A stretch of DNA of 64,000 nucleotides from an uncultured Ignavibacteriales bacterium (lineage in GTDB: Bacteria > Bacteroidota > Ignavibacteria > Ignavibacteriales > Ignavibacteriaceae): the NCBI GenBank assembly GCA_937858935.1, contig CALLZX010000305.1:8208-72207 (forward strand), given 5' to 3'. Numbering within the stretch: the first letter of the stretch is position 1; each line of letters opens with the position of its first letter. Under the pieces are notes generated by a model, which saw nothing but the letters and a program-made list of their open reading frames with translations, did not search any database and was not told where the DNA came from. Of this stretch, positions 30,746-40,259 are shown piece by piece. The position numbers were made by a program, and so were the translations under genes.

Positions 30746-31519
30746 TTACATCGTCATTCCACCGTCAACGGCAATAACCTGGCCTGTAATATAATCTGCA
30801 TCTTTACTGCATAAAAATGCAACAACTTTGGCAACGTCTTCAGGTTTGCCTAATCTTGACATTGGAACATTCTGAACTAATTTTTTTACCTGTTCTTCAG
30901 TTAACTTATTCGTCATATCTGTTTGGATGAATCCTGGTGCGACTGCGTTAACTGTAATATTACGTGAAGCTAACTCACGAGCCATTGATTTGGTAAAACC
31001 AATCACTCCTGCTTTGGAAGCTGAATAATTGGATTGTCCAGCATTTCCAATTAGTCCAACTACCGAGGCTATATTTACAATTCTTCCATATCTCTGAGCT
31101 ATCATAGGTTTTATGACTGCTTTAGTATAATTAAATACACTTTTTAGGTTCGCACTTATAACATCATCAAAATCTTTTTCTGTCATTCTTAATAATAGAT
31201 TATCTCTTGTAATTCCGGCATTATTAATAAGAATATCAACGCCGCCAAGCTTATCAATAGCAGCATCAACTGTTGCTTGTGCTTGTTCCATTGATGATGC
31301 ATCGGCCTTAAATCCGTGAATCTTTATTCCAGGATAATCAATCTCACCCAATAATTCCTCAGCACACTCATCACAGCTATTATAAACAAATGCAACATCC
31401 GAAAACAAAACACCGCAGCAGCTTCTTGAAGCAAGTTCTTTTACAATTGCTCTGCCTATCCCTCTTGTTCCGCCGGTAACTATTGCTCGTTTATTATGTG
31501 ATTCAACTACTTTACTCAT
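30746..31519 (-). CDS. fabG: 3-oxoacyl-ACP reductase
   Basis: 257 aa. 'VTGGTRGIGRAI', 'NNAGITRD', catalytic 'YSASKAG', 'GQVIAVDGGMTM'. Confidence 0.9.
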   Translation of the reverse strand: MSKVVESHNKRAIVTGGTRGIGRAIVKELASRSCCGVLFSDVAFVYNSCDECAEELLGEIDYPGIKIHGFKADASSMEQAQATVDAAIDKLGGVDILINNAGITRDNLLLRMTEKDFDDVISANLKSVFNYTKAVIKPMIAQRYGRIVNIASVVGLIGNAGQSNYSASKAGVIGFTKSMARELASRNITVNAVAPGFIQTDMTNKLTEEQVKKLVQNVPMSRLGKPEDVAKVVAFLCSKDADYITGQVIAVDGGMTM

Positions 31520-32118
31520 TTTTTTTCTACTCCAGAATAATATTCTGATAAATATTCATTTTTATACTTCTCAAGTTCAATAAAATTATCTTGTCCAAAG
31601 AAATGAATAAGTTCTTCTCTGCAAGCTTCATAAATTGTAGTTTCTTTTAGTGGATCTTTACTACAAGTTTTTAGTCTATCAATATGTTCATCATCTATTG
31701 TGAGAGCACCTTCAAAAACTGTTAGCGGAAATAGAACACAATATATTGGTTTGTATTTCCATTTATGTTCGCCTTCAATCATTGCCAATTTTTGAAGAGT
31801 ACATAATCCATTTTTATCCAAGAAAGTACATTTACCATTTGGGATCTCAGTTCCAACAGCTACACCGGATTCAAAATCCTCATCCTCTTCAGGTTCCTCA
31901 AACCATTCATCAATTACTTTGGTCTGTGTTTCATCAAGTAAAGGTATGATTTTATCTTTAAGCGTTAAAATATATTCATGTTCTTTAAGATCAGTATAAA
32001 CTCCATAATTGCAGCATTCACCGCCACACTTACATGCAAATTTAAATGTAAAAATCTGTGGATCAATATAAACGCCATTAATCTCCTTAGAAAACTTAGG
32101 CTGCGTTTTTGTTCCCAT
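31516..32118 (-). CDS. Cys-rich hypothetical protein (DUF3109 / CxxCxxCC-like) embedded in the fab operon
   Basis: 200 aa. 'FACKCGGECCNYG' plus further Cys residues ('GKCTFLDKNGLCTLQ', 'YCVLFP', 'TCSK'). Overlaps fabG by 4 nt and fabD by 1 nt. Confidence 0.5.
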   Translation of the reverse strand: MGTKTQPKFSKEINGVYIDPQIFTFKFACKCGGECCNYGVYTDLKEHEYILTLKDKIIPLLDETQTKVIDEWFEEPEEDEDFESGVAVGTEIPNGKCTFLDKNGLCTLQKLAMIEGEHKWKYKPIYCVLFPLTVFEGALTIDDEHIDRLKTCSKDPLKETTIYEACREELIHFFGQDNFIELEKYKNEYLSEYYSGVEKK

Positions 32119-33032
32119 TATATGTATCGCTCCAAATCCTCGTATTTATCAATCCCAAATAATTTAACATCTGGATTTATTCTTTTAACCAATCCTTGTA
32201 AAACTTTACCAGGGCCAATTTCATAAAATTCATCAAATCCATCTGCTATCATATTTATAATTGTTTCTTCCCATCTAACTGGAGAAGTTACTTGCTCGTG
32301 CAAAAGATTTTTTATTTCTGCCATTTGGGTAACGGGTTTTGCAGTAACATTTGCATAGACAGAAAACCTTGCATCATAAAACGGTGTTTTATCTAAAGCA
32401 TTAAGTAAAGCATCTTTTGCCGATTGCATTAATGGTGAATGGAATGCCCCACTAACCACCAATTCTTTTACCAATTTTGCACCGTTAGCTTTGCATAATT
32501 CCATTGCTTTTCTAACACCATCAATTGATCCGGAAATTACAATCTGCCCTGGAGAATTAAAATTTGCGCATTGCACAATTCCAACTACGGAGGCTTCCTT
32601 GCAAAGTTCTATAACTTTTTTGGGTTCTAAGCCAACAACTGCAGCTAAAGTTCCGGGATTATCAATTCCTGCTTGCTGCATTGCTTTTCCTCTTGCTCTG
32701 ACTAATCTAATTGCTTCATAAAATTGAATTGCATTTGCAGAAACCAACGCTGAATATTCTCCAAGTGAATGTCCAGCAGCAGCTTCTGGTTGGATCGTTC
32801 TGATTAAACTTGAAAGGATAACACTATGTAAAAAGATAGCAGGCTGGGTAAATTCTGTTTGTTTTAATTGATCTTCAGGTCCATTAAACATTATGTACGA
32901 TAAATTAATACCTAAAGCGTCATCAGCGGTTTTAACCATTTCTTTGGCTTCAACAGATCTTTCATATAAATCCTTAGCCATACCTATATATTGCGATCCC
33001 TGTCCGGGAAATAAAAATGCTTTTTTAGCCAT
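32118..33032 (-). CDS. fabD: Malonyl-CoA:ACP transacylase
   Basis: 304 aa. 'FLFPGQGSQYIGM', active-site 'AGHSLGEYSAL', 'VSGAFHSPLM'. Confidence 0.9.
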   Translation of the reverse strand: MAKKAFLFPGQGSQYIGMAKDLYERSVEAKEMVKTADDALGINLSYIMFNGPEDQLKQTEFTQPAIFLHSVILSSLIRTIQPEAAAGHSLGEYSALVSANAIQFYEAIRLVRARGKAMQQAGIDNPGTLAAVVGLEPKKVIELCKEASVVGIVQCANFNSPGQIVISGSIDGVRKAMELCKANGAKLVKELVVSGAFHSPLMQSAKDALLNALDKTPFYDARFSVYANVTAKPVTQMAEIKNLLHEQVTSPVRWEETIINMIADGFDEFYEIGPGKVLQGLVKRINPDVKLFGIDKYEDLERYI

Positions 33033-33057
33033 TGAAATAGTTTTCAGTAATTAAAAA

Positions 33058-34056
33058 TTAAATTGCCCAAACAACATGTATTGCACCCCATGTATAACCA
33101 GCACCAAAAGCGGATAAAATTAGATTGTCACCCTTCTTCACTTTTCCATCACGAAAGTATTCAGTTAAACATAGGGGAATTGTTGCTGCCGTTGTATTAC
33201 CATATTTATCAATATTAATCATAACCTTGTCTTTACTTAGGCCCATTCTTTGAGCAGTAGCGTCTATTATTCTTAAGTTTGCCTGATGAGGAACAAGATA
33301 TGCAATATCTTCCGATTTTAAATTACTCTTTTCCATTAATTCTGCAGAAACATCTGCCATTCCTTTAACTGCAACTTTAAATACAGCTTTACCATCTTGA
33401 TAAATATAATGCCATTTTTTATCAACAGTTTCATGCGAAGCAGGATTTAAACTTCCGCCACCTAACATATATAGTGCGTCTTTACCTGCACCATCAACCC
33501 TTAGAATACTGTTTTGCAAACCCAGAGTTTTATCTTCAGTTGGTTCTAATAAAACTGCTGCCCCAGCATCACCAAAAAGGATACAAATGTTTCTATCTGT
33601 ATAATCGGTAATTGAACTCATTTTATCAGCTCCAATTACTAAAACTTTTTTGTATCTGCCAGATTCAACAAGCGTAGCGCCTGTTTGTAATGAAAATAGA
33701 AATCCCGAGCAGGCAGCGGATAAATCAAAACCCCATGCATTTTTTGCTCCAATTTTATTTTGCACTAAACAAGCCGTTGCCGGAAAAAACATATCAGGAG
33801 TAACTGTGGCTACAATAATAGCATCAATTTCTTCTGGATTTACATTATGTTTTTCAAACAAATCTAAAGCTGCACGAGCCGCTAAATCACTTGTAGCACC
33901 TTGCTCTAAAAATCTTCTTTCGCTAATTCCTGTTCTGGTTTTTATCCATTCATCATTTGTTTCTACAATGGACTCAAAATATTTATTATCCAAAATTTTA
34001 TCAGGAGTATACATGCCAACTCCTGTTATCATTGCGTTATATCTTTTTTCTAACAT
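33058..34056 (-). CDS. fabH: 3-oxoacyl-ACP synthase III
   Basis: 332 aa. 'FDLSAACSGFLFSL', 'VPHQANLRII', 'YGNTTAATIPL', 'FGAGYTWG'. Confidence 0.9.
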   Translation of the reverse strand: MLEKRYNAMITGVGMYTPDKILDNKYFESIVETNDEWIKTRTGISERRFLEQGATSDLAARAALDLFEKHNVNPEEIDAIIVATVTPDMFFPATACLVQNKIGAKNAWGFDLSAACSGFLFSLQTGATLVESGRYKKVLVIGADKMSSITDYTDRNICILFGDAGAAVLLEPTEDKTLGLQNSILRVDGAGKDALYMLGGGSLNPASHETVDKKWHYIYQDGKAVFKVAVKGMADVSAELMEKSNLKSEDIAYLVPHQANLRIIDATAQRMGLSKDKVMINIDKYGNTTAATIPLCLTEYFRDGKVKKGDNLILSAFGAGYTWGAIHVVWAI

Positions 34057-34066
34057 TAATTATCTA

Positions 34067-35101
34067 CTATTTTTTTTGTGAATATTGTTTGATAGAACTT
34101 TCTATCTTTTTAATTAAATCTTTATGGTACATCTCACGTGCTTTAAACACCATATTTTTAATTGCTTTCGGAGAACTTGAGCCGTGTCCTATAATACTAA
34201 TTCCATTAACACCTAACAAAGGCACTCCGCCATGCTCCTGATAATCCAATGATTTTAAAGATTTTTTTAAAGTGCCTTTAGATATTCCAACTTTTAACTT
34301 GTCGAAAAAACTAGCTTCAGCCGTTTTAGTTAAAAGATGTTTAAGCAGTTTTGGTACAGATTCACCAAATTTCAAAATGATGTTACCAACAAATCCATCA
34401 CAAACAACCACATCAACGTGTTTGGTCATTATATCTCTGCCTTCAACATTTCCAATAAAATTAAGCTTGGAATCCTTAAGCATTTTAAATGCATCATTAG
34501 AAACTTCATTTCCCTTGCCATCTTCCTCACCCATACTTAGTAAACCAACAGATGGATTTTTAACACCACCCATTTCTTTGGCATAGATTGTTCCCATAAC
34601 TGCGTATTCAAATAGATGTGAAGGTTTTGCATCCTTACCAGCGCCAACATCATAAAGATAACAAACTCCGTAAACATTTGGCATTTCTGCACCGATTGTG
34701 GGACGACCAACACCTGAAATTCTGCCTATAATTAAAGTTGAAGCACTCATCATAGCACCTGTATTGCCTGCGCTTACAAAAGCATCGGCTTTACCTTCTT
34801 TAACTAACTGAGCACCTTTTACAATAGAAGAATTCGGTTTTGATTTTAAAGCAGAAGTAGGCGAATCACCCATTTCGATAACTTCATCAGCATGGATAAT
34901 ATATTTTTCATTAAAAGAAAGATTGTTGGATTTTATAACGGAAAGTATCTCTTCCTTTTTCCCTACAAGAAAAAGTTCAAAGTCATGTTTTTCATTATAA
35001 GCTTCTAAAGCTCCAACCACAGCATTTTGAGGGGCGTAATCGCCCCCCATTGCATCAACAATAATTCTGCATTTAGAATTTTTAGCTTCTGATTCAGCCA
35101 T
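34067..35101 (-). CDS. plsX: Phosphate acyltransferase
   Basis: 344 aa. 'IIVDAMGGDYAP', 'DAFVSAGNTGAMM', 'GVPLLGVNGISIIGHGSSS'. Confidence 0.9.
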   Translation of the reverse strand: MAESEAKNSKCRIIVDAMGGDYAPQNAVVGALEAYNEKHDFELFLVGKKEEILSVIKSNNLSFNEKYIIHADEVIEMGDSPTSALKSKPNSSIVKGAQLVKEGKADAFVSAGNTGAMMSASTLIIGRISGVGRPTIGAEMPNVYGVCYLYDVGAGKDAKPSHLFEYAVMGTIYAKEMGGVKNPSVGLLSMGEEDGKGNEVSNDAFKMLKDSKLNFIGNVEGRDIMTKHVDVVVCDGFVGNIILKFGESVPKLLKHLLTKTAEASFFDKLKVGISKGTLKKSLKSLDYQEHGGVPLLGVNGISIIGHGSSSPKAIKNMVFKAREMYHKDLIKKIESSIKQYSQKK

Positions 35102-35123
35102 TAGATAAGTAAGCTATTAATAT

Positions 35124-35303
35124 TTAGCTCTTGGGAATAAACACAGAGCGTTCATTGTAGTATCCGCAGGAAGGGCAGGCACGATGAGCAAGTTTCATTT
35201 CACCGCAATTACCACAAGTGCTTAATGAAGGTGCTACTGCTTTATAGTGAGTTCTGCGTTTATCTCTACGGCTCTTAGACATCTTACGTTTTGGATTTGG
35301 CAT
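35124..35303 (-). CDS. rpmF: 50S ribosomal protein L32
   Basis: Not in the ORF track because it is only 59 aa. My translation is [59 protein letters not shown]. It shows the classic L32 N-terminus and CxxC...CxxC knuckle, in the conserved position between yceD and plsX. Confidence 0.9.
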   Translation of the reverse strand: MPNPKRKMSKSRRDKRRTHYKAVAPSLSTCGNCGEMKLAHRACPSCGYYNERSVFIPKS

Positions 35304-35321
35304 AATATCATTCCATTATAT

Positions 35322-35828
35322 TTAATTGAGATTTAATTTATCTTTCAAATTCATAAGAGGTTTCCACCTCGGGTCAATTTCTTCTGCACTGCAAGCACAT
35401 TTTTCTTTATTTAAATCTTTACCGCATTTGTAGCACAATCCTTTGCATTCATCTTTACAAAGTTTTTTCATTGGAACTGCGAGTAAAGCAAATTCACGAA
35501 CATCAGAACTAATATCAATCTTATCTGCATCTCTGCTGAGATAACTTACATTAAGAGATTCTGTTTCTTCCGGAGCTTCATTCATTAAATAAATCATTTT
35601 ATAATCACTCATTAAACTTGTTTTATATTCAGTTCCACATCGGTCACATTCATACTTCACTTTAAAATCTGACGTTACCGAAAGTATTAACTGATCATGC
35701 AGTTTATTAAGAATTAAAGAAGATTTATATTTACCATAAAAGGGTTTATCTAAATCCAATACATCAACTTTGTCTTCAAAAACAAAATTGTGTTCCCCTT
35801 CGCTTAAATTTGATATTTTTATAATCAT
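35322..35828 (-). CDS. yceD: YceD/DUF177 family protein
   Basis: 168 aa with C-terminal Cys clusters 'CKDECKGLCYKCGKDLN'. Conserved synteny upstream of rpmF. Confidence 0.8.
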   Translation of the reverse strand: MIIKISNLSEGEHNFVFEDKVDVLDLDKPFYGKYKSSLILNKLHDQLILSVTSDFKVKYECDRCGTEYKTSLMSDYKMIYLMNEAPEETESLNVSYLSRDADKIDISSDVREFALLAVPMKKLCKDECKGLCYKCGKDLNKEKCACSAEEIDPRWKPLMNLKDKLNLN

Positions 35829-36147
35829 CTTGCAAAATCACGCAAAAAACGAGGCTTAATATATAACTGAACCATTATATAATCAAACAATCCTCGCACC
35901 CAATATTCGACTTTTTGGAACAATTCAGCCATTTTCTTGGATTATCCAATATTTTTAGAACTAATTAGATCACTATTTTATTACAGTTTTATCAGTCGGG
36001 GTAACAATCAAAAGTAGTTACTAACCCATCAAACTATTTATACAGATCTAAGTTACACATTTGGACCAAAATAATTTTGGTTTTTTCACTTCTAAATCAA
36101 TAATTTGAAGCAGATATTTAATAATAGTTATCATTGCCAAGAATTAA

Positions 36148-37092
36148 ATGTTAATAATTCTTTCTGCTTTTGCCGCAATCGTTCCAATGTCAATTTACTT
36201 AGTTTTGATTTGGAAATTTGACCAATATGATAGAGAACCATTTAAACTAGTATTAATAAATTATCTATGGGGCGCGCTTGGCGCTATAGTTCTTGCTTTA
36301 CTCGGCAGTTTATTTTTTACAACCATTGCTTCTATTTTTATAAAAGATAGTTTACAATTAAGCAGATTTGGTGCAATTGTAGTTGCACCTATTGTGGAAG
36401 AAATAACCAAAGGATTTTTTCTGCTGATAACAATTTCCAATAAGAAATTTGATAACATTACTGATGGAATAGTTTACGGTGGAGCAATCGGGCTTGGATT
36501 TGGGATGACCGAAAATTTTCTTTACTTCGTTTCCTATGGTGATTCAATAGCTAATTGGATAATGTTAGTTATAATCAGAAGCCTTTTCTCAGCCGTTATG
36601 CACTGTGTTTCAACAGCAACACTTGGCGCACTTCTTGGAATGGCAAAATTTAAATCATCTCCTAAAAAGATTTTTTATGCCTTTATTGGATTATTAATTG
36701 CGATGTTAATTCATTCTATTTGGAATTCCAGTTTGAGCTATGACAGAACAGCTCCAATTGGTTTTCTATTTATGATAGTTTCAATTATTATTTTTATATC
36801 AAGTTATATTATTTCGATTAAAGGAGAAAGAAAAATTATTTTTAATGAATTAAAAGAAGAATCTAAAAACGGAGTAATTCCGGAATCACATTTAATTATA
36901 TTAAGCTCTCCACAGCGAGAACGAAAAGGCTGGTTAGATGAACGTACCAGAAAAACGTATATCAAAGCAGCAACAACACTCGCATTCAGAAAAGTTCAGT
37001 TGAAAAATTCTAATGGAGCAAGTAAAGCATATTATGAAATGGATGTGGATAATTATCGAGATTTTATCAAAAAATTATTACAGAATAATTAA
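36148..37092 (+). CDS. PrsW-family intramembrane metalloprotease
   Basis: 314 aa, polytopic. 'PIVEEITKGFFLL' (the EExxK motif) and 'HCVSTATLG' / 'HSIWN' His motifs. Confidence 0.7.
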   Translation: MLIILSAFAAIVPMSIYLVLIWKFDQYDREPFKLVLINYLWGALGAIVLALLGSLFFTTIASIFIKDSLQLSRFGAIVVAPIVEEITKGFFLLITISNKKFDNITDGIVYGGAIGLGFGMTENFLYFVSYGDSIANWIMLVIIRSLFSAVMHCVSTATLGALLGMAKFKSSPKKIFYAFIGLLIAMLIHSIWNSSLSYDRTAPIGFLFMIVSIIIFISSYIISIKGERKIIFNELKEESKNGVIPESHLIILSSPQRERKGWLDERTRKTYIKAATTLAFRKVQLKNSNGASKAYYEMDVDNYRDFIKKLLQNN

Positions 37093-37094
37093 GA

Positions 37095-37790
37095 ATGAAT
37101 TCTAAAGCTGTTTATATTCTCCCATTCTATTTTTCACACGCTAAAGAATCATCTAATAACTTAGATGTATTTAGTAAAGATGATATTTCATTTCTTTTCG
37201 AAACTTTATACTTGAATATTTTGGAGAATCTTATTGGTAAGCAAGCCAAAATAGATATTTATTGTATTTGGGATGAAAACAGAAAAGACAGTGTGCCGGA
37301 TGAATTTAATAACAGTAATTATAATGTTGTATTTTCCGATGTTTCTAAAAAGAAACTAATTCTTGAAAGATTGTCATCTAAAGAATTTTTATCACATAAA
37401 AATAACCTCATTATTTTTTCCGATGCAATCGATATAAGGCCATCTGATTATGAACAATATTTCAATCTTCTTAATATTGAAGATGAATCACTTGTAATCG
37501 CAAAAAATAAAGAGAACAGTATTGCAGTTTTTGGGTTTAATAATTACTCGGAAGAAATTATTAATAATTTGATACTGAGTAATTTTAGCTATAATGATTT
37601 TTTAGGCCGGGTGAAATCGTGTGAGCACTTCATGCATATAGTAAATGATGTGTTGCTCGTTAGAAATTTATATAATTTCAAACAACTTTATCAGGAGTTA
37701 TCACAAAAGAAAAGTATTGAGTATTGCTCACAACCAATGCACGAAAGATTCACTCATCTTTTCGTAGAATATAAGGATTTATTGAAATGA
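37095..37790 (+). CDS. Hypothetical protein (possibly DUF2064/GT-A-like)
   Basis: 231-aa ORF. Its stop overlaps the nadD start (ATGA). The family assignment is only a weak impression. Confidence 0.4.
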   Translation: MNSKAVYILPFYFSHAKESSNNLDVFSKDDISFLFETLYLNILENLIGKQAKIDIYCIWDENRKDSVPDEFNNSNYNVVFSDVSKKKLILERLSSKEFLSHKNNLIIFSDAIDIRPSDYEQYFNLLNIEDESLVIAKNKENSIAVFGFNNYSEEIINNLILSNFSYNDFLGRVKSCEHFMHIVNDVLLVRNLYNFKQLYQELSQKKSIEYCSQPMHERFTHLFVEYKDLLK

Positions 37791-38368
37791 GTAAAGTTGG
37801 CATTTTTGGCGGAACATTTGATCCAATACACAATGGTCATTTAATAACCGCACAATCAGTAAAAGAAATCAGAAATCTTGAGAAGATAATTTTTATTCCC
37901 GCATATATTTCTCCGCATAAACAACATGCAAAAGCATCAAGTGCACAACATAGATTAAATATGCTTAAAATCGCTTTAGATGATATTCCATTTTTTCATT
38001 GTTCAGATTTTGAAATCAAACAACATACTATTTCTTACACAATTGATACACTTAGAGAATTCAAAAAAACATATGATGAAATTGAATTGATAATTGGATA
38101 TGATAATATTTTTCAATTCCATACCTGGAAGGAACCAGATGAAATTTTAAAATTAGCCAACATTGTTGTTCTTAAAAGAAAATCCTCTCATCCGTTAGAT
38201 TTTGTTGATAAGTATGTTGATGCAGCAACCTTTGTGCAAACCCGTGGTATTGAAATAAGTGCAACAGATATAAGAAATCGTGTACATGCTGATTTGCCAA
38301 TTTATTACCTCGTTCCGGAAAAAGTTTTAGAATATATTAATAAAAACAAATTATATAAGGACAACTAA
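37787..38368 (+). CDS. nadD: Nicotinate-nucleotide adenylyltransferase
   Basis: 193 aa. 'GIFGGTFDPIHNGH', 'ISATDIRNR'. Confidence 0.9.
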   Translation: MSKVGIFGGTFDPIHNGHLITAQSVKEIRNLEKIIFIPAYISPHKQHAKASSAQHRLNMLKIALDDIPFFHCSDFEIKQHTISYTIDTLREFKKTYDEIELIIGYDNIFQFHTWKEPDEILKLANIVVLKRKSSHPLDFVDKYVDAATFVQTRGIEISATDIRNRVHADLPIYYLVPEKVLEYINKNKLYKDN

Positions 38369-39292
38369 TTGAAAATTCTAGTTACAGGCGGAGCCGGTTT
38401 TATAGCTTCGCAAATTGCGGATGCATTTATCGAAGAAGGACATCAAGTTGTAATACTAGATGATCTTTCAACTGGATATGAAAAAAACATTAACCCGAAA
38501 GCCCTGTTTGTTAAAGCCAATATTTGCGATAAAAACTTGGACAAACTATTTGAATCAGAAAAGTTTGATATTGTTAATCATCACGCTGCACAGATGGATG
38601 TTCGAAGATCAGTAAAAGATCCAGAGTTTGATGCAACCACAAATATTCTTGGTACAATTAATTTGTTACAAAATTGTGTTAAGTATAAAGTTAAGAAATT
38701 TATGTTCGCTTCAACCGGCGGTGCAGTTTATGGTGAGCAAGATTACTTCCCTGCTGATGAAAAACATAATCAGCAACCAAAATCACCATATGGCATTTCT
38801 AAACTTGCAGTGGAAAAATATTTATACTTCTACAACTCAGAACATAATTTGAATTACACAATTTTGCGATATGCAAATATTTATGGACCAAGACAAAATC
38901 CTTTTGGTGAAGCTGGAGTTGTTGCTATATTTTCTACAAAACTTCTTAAAGGTGAACAACCAGTTATAAATGGACATGGCAAACAGACTCGTGATTATGT
39001 TTTTGTTGGTGATGTGGTAAAAGCCAATTTACTTGGATTAAAAGATGAAGTATCAGACATTTATAATATTGGAACTGGAATTGAAACAGATGTAAATCAG
39101 CTTTTCCATTACATCAATGGTATTACTAAAGCTAACAAAGAAGAAAAACACGGCCCAACCGCTGCTGGAGAACAATTGCGTAGTGTAATTACATCGGACA
39201 AATTATTTAAAAAATTTAGCTGGCGTCCATCAACAAAATTGGAAGACGGTTTAAAAGCAACGGTCGATTACTTTAAGAATAATTTAGCTTGA
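38369..39292 (+). CDS. NAD-dependent sugar epimerase/dehydratase (GalE-like)
   Basis: 307 aa with a TTG start. 'ILVTGGAGFIASQI' and the catalytic 'YGISKLAVE' YxxxK motif. Confidence 0.85.
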   Translation: MKILVTGGAGFIASQIADAFIEEGHQVVILDDLSTGYEKNINPKALFVKANICDKNLDKLFESEKFDIVNHHAAQMDVRRSVKDPEFDATTNILGTINLLQNCVKYKVKKFMFASTGGAVYGEQDYFPADEKHNQQPKSPYGISKLAVEKYLYFYNSEHNLNYTILRYANIYGPRQNPFGEAGVVAIFSTKLLKGEQPVINGHGKQTRDYVFVGDVVKANLLGLKDEVSDIYNIGTGIETDVNQLFHYINGITKANKEEKHGPTAAGEQLRSVITSDKLFKKFSWRPSTKLEDGLKATVDYFKNNLA

Positions 39293-39293
39293 T

Positions 39294-40247
39294 ATGATTG
39301 ATAGTAATCTTATAGAAAACATCTATAAAGAAGATAGACGATCTATTGCTCGCGCAATTTCTATAGTTGAGACAAATAATTCTTTCACTTCAGAATATTT
39401 AAAAGAGATTCATAAAAAAGTTGGTAATGCTTATCGCATTGGAATTACTGGCCCACCCGGTGCTGGCAAAAGCACAATCACAAATCAATTAACAAAATTC
39501 TATAGAAAACAGAATAAAAAGGTTGGGATTATAGCAGTTGATCCAACTTCCCCTTTTACGGGTGGTGCTTTACTTGGTGATAGAGTTCGAATGACAGATA
39601 TTGGAATGGATAGTGGAGTTTTCATTCGTAGTATGGCAACTCGTGGTAGTCTTGGCGGTTTATCCAAAAAAGCTATTGATGCAGCCGACGTTTTGGACGC
39701 CGCAGGATTTGATCTAATTATTTTTGAAACTGTCGGAGTTGGGCAATCAGAACTAGATATTGCACAGGCTGCTGATACAACGATTGTAGTTCTCGTTCCT
39801 GAAAGTGGAGATTCGGTTCAGGCGATGAAAGCTGGGTTAATGGAGATTGCTGATTTCTTTGTTCTGAATAAAAGCGATAGACCCGGTTCACAACAAGCTT
39901 ATACAGCGCTTCAGACTATTTTAATGATAAAAGATCACGATGAAAATTCATGGCTGCCAAATATTATTAAGACTGTTGCTTCAGAAAATTCAGGAATAGA
40001 TGATATTGCAGTTGAGATTGAGCGACACAAGACTTTTATGAGAGAAAAAAATATATTCCAATCAAAGAGAGATCATCAAGCTAAAGTTAGAATTAAAGAA
40101 ATTGTTGAGCATAAATTAAAAGATGAATTGTGGAGTGAGACAGGCGAAAATTCTTTAATTTCATCATTGGAGAAAGTTGTACTTGGTAATTTTTCTCCTT
40201 ATCTCATTGCAGAAGAAATAATTGATAATTTTAAAAATAGAATTTAA
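39294..40247 (+). CDS. meaB: MeaB/ArgK-type G3E GTPase (methylmalonyl-CoA mutase accessory)
   Basis: 317 aa. 'GITGPPGAGKST', 'ETVGVGQSE', 'LNKSD'. Confidence 0.85.
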   Translation: MIDSNLIENIYKEDRRSIARAISIVETNNSFTSEYLKEIHKKVGNAYRIGITGPPGAGKSTITNQLTKFYRKQNKKVGIIAVDPTSPFTGGALLGDRVRMTDIGMDSGVFIRSMATRGSLGGLSKKAIDAADVLDAAGFDLIIFETVGVGQSELDIAQAADTTIVVLVPESGDSVQAMKAGLMEIADFFVLNKSDRPGSQQAYTALQTILMIKDHDENSWLPNIIKTVASENSGIDDIAVEIERHKTFMREKNIFQSKRDHQAKVRIKEIVEHKLKDELWSETGENSLISSLEKVVLGNFSPYLIAEEIIDNFKNRI

Positions 40248-40259
40248 CCTGGAGTTTTA

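Noticed and set aside
33650-34241. Plus-strand ORFs of 143 aa and 94 aa. The same question applies to other antisense ORFs in the track: 639-884, 1654-1845, 2830-3066, 6818-7296, 14934-15221, 20356-20943, 21710-22163, 25373-26442, 31746-32226, 32491-32721, 34272-34586, 40244-40432, 41166-41429, 42513-42812, 43869-44126, 49892-50113, 57808-58026 and 62290-62472.
   Set aside because: All lie inside, or largely antisense to or out of frame with, long ORFs that have strong family-specific motifs. Their translations are low-complexity with no recognisable motifs. They are shadow ORFs typical of AT-rich genomes.
35829-36147. 319-nt gap between the divergent yceD and prsW genes, examined for small genes, an RNA or repeats.
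   Set aside because: I found no ORF with a plausible start, no hairpins and no repeats by eye. The gap is most simply a divergent promoter region.
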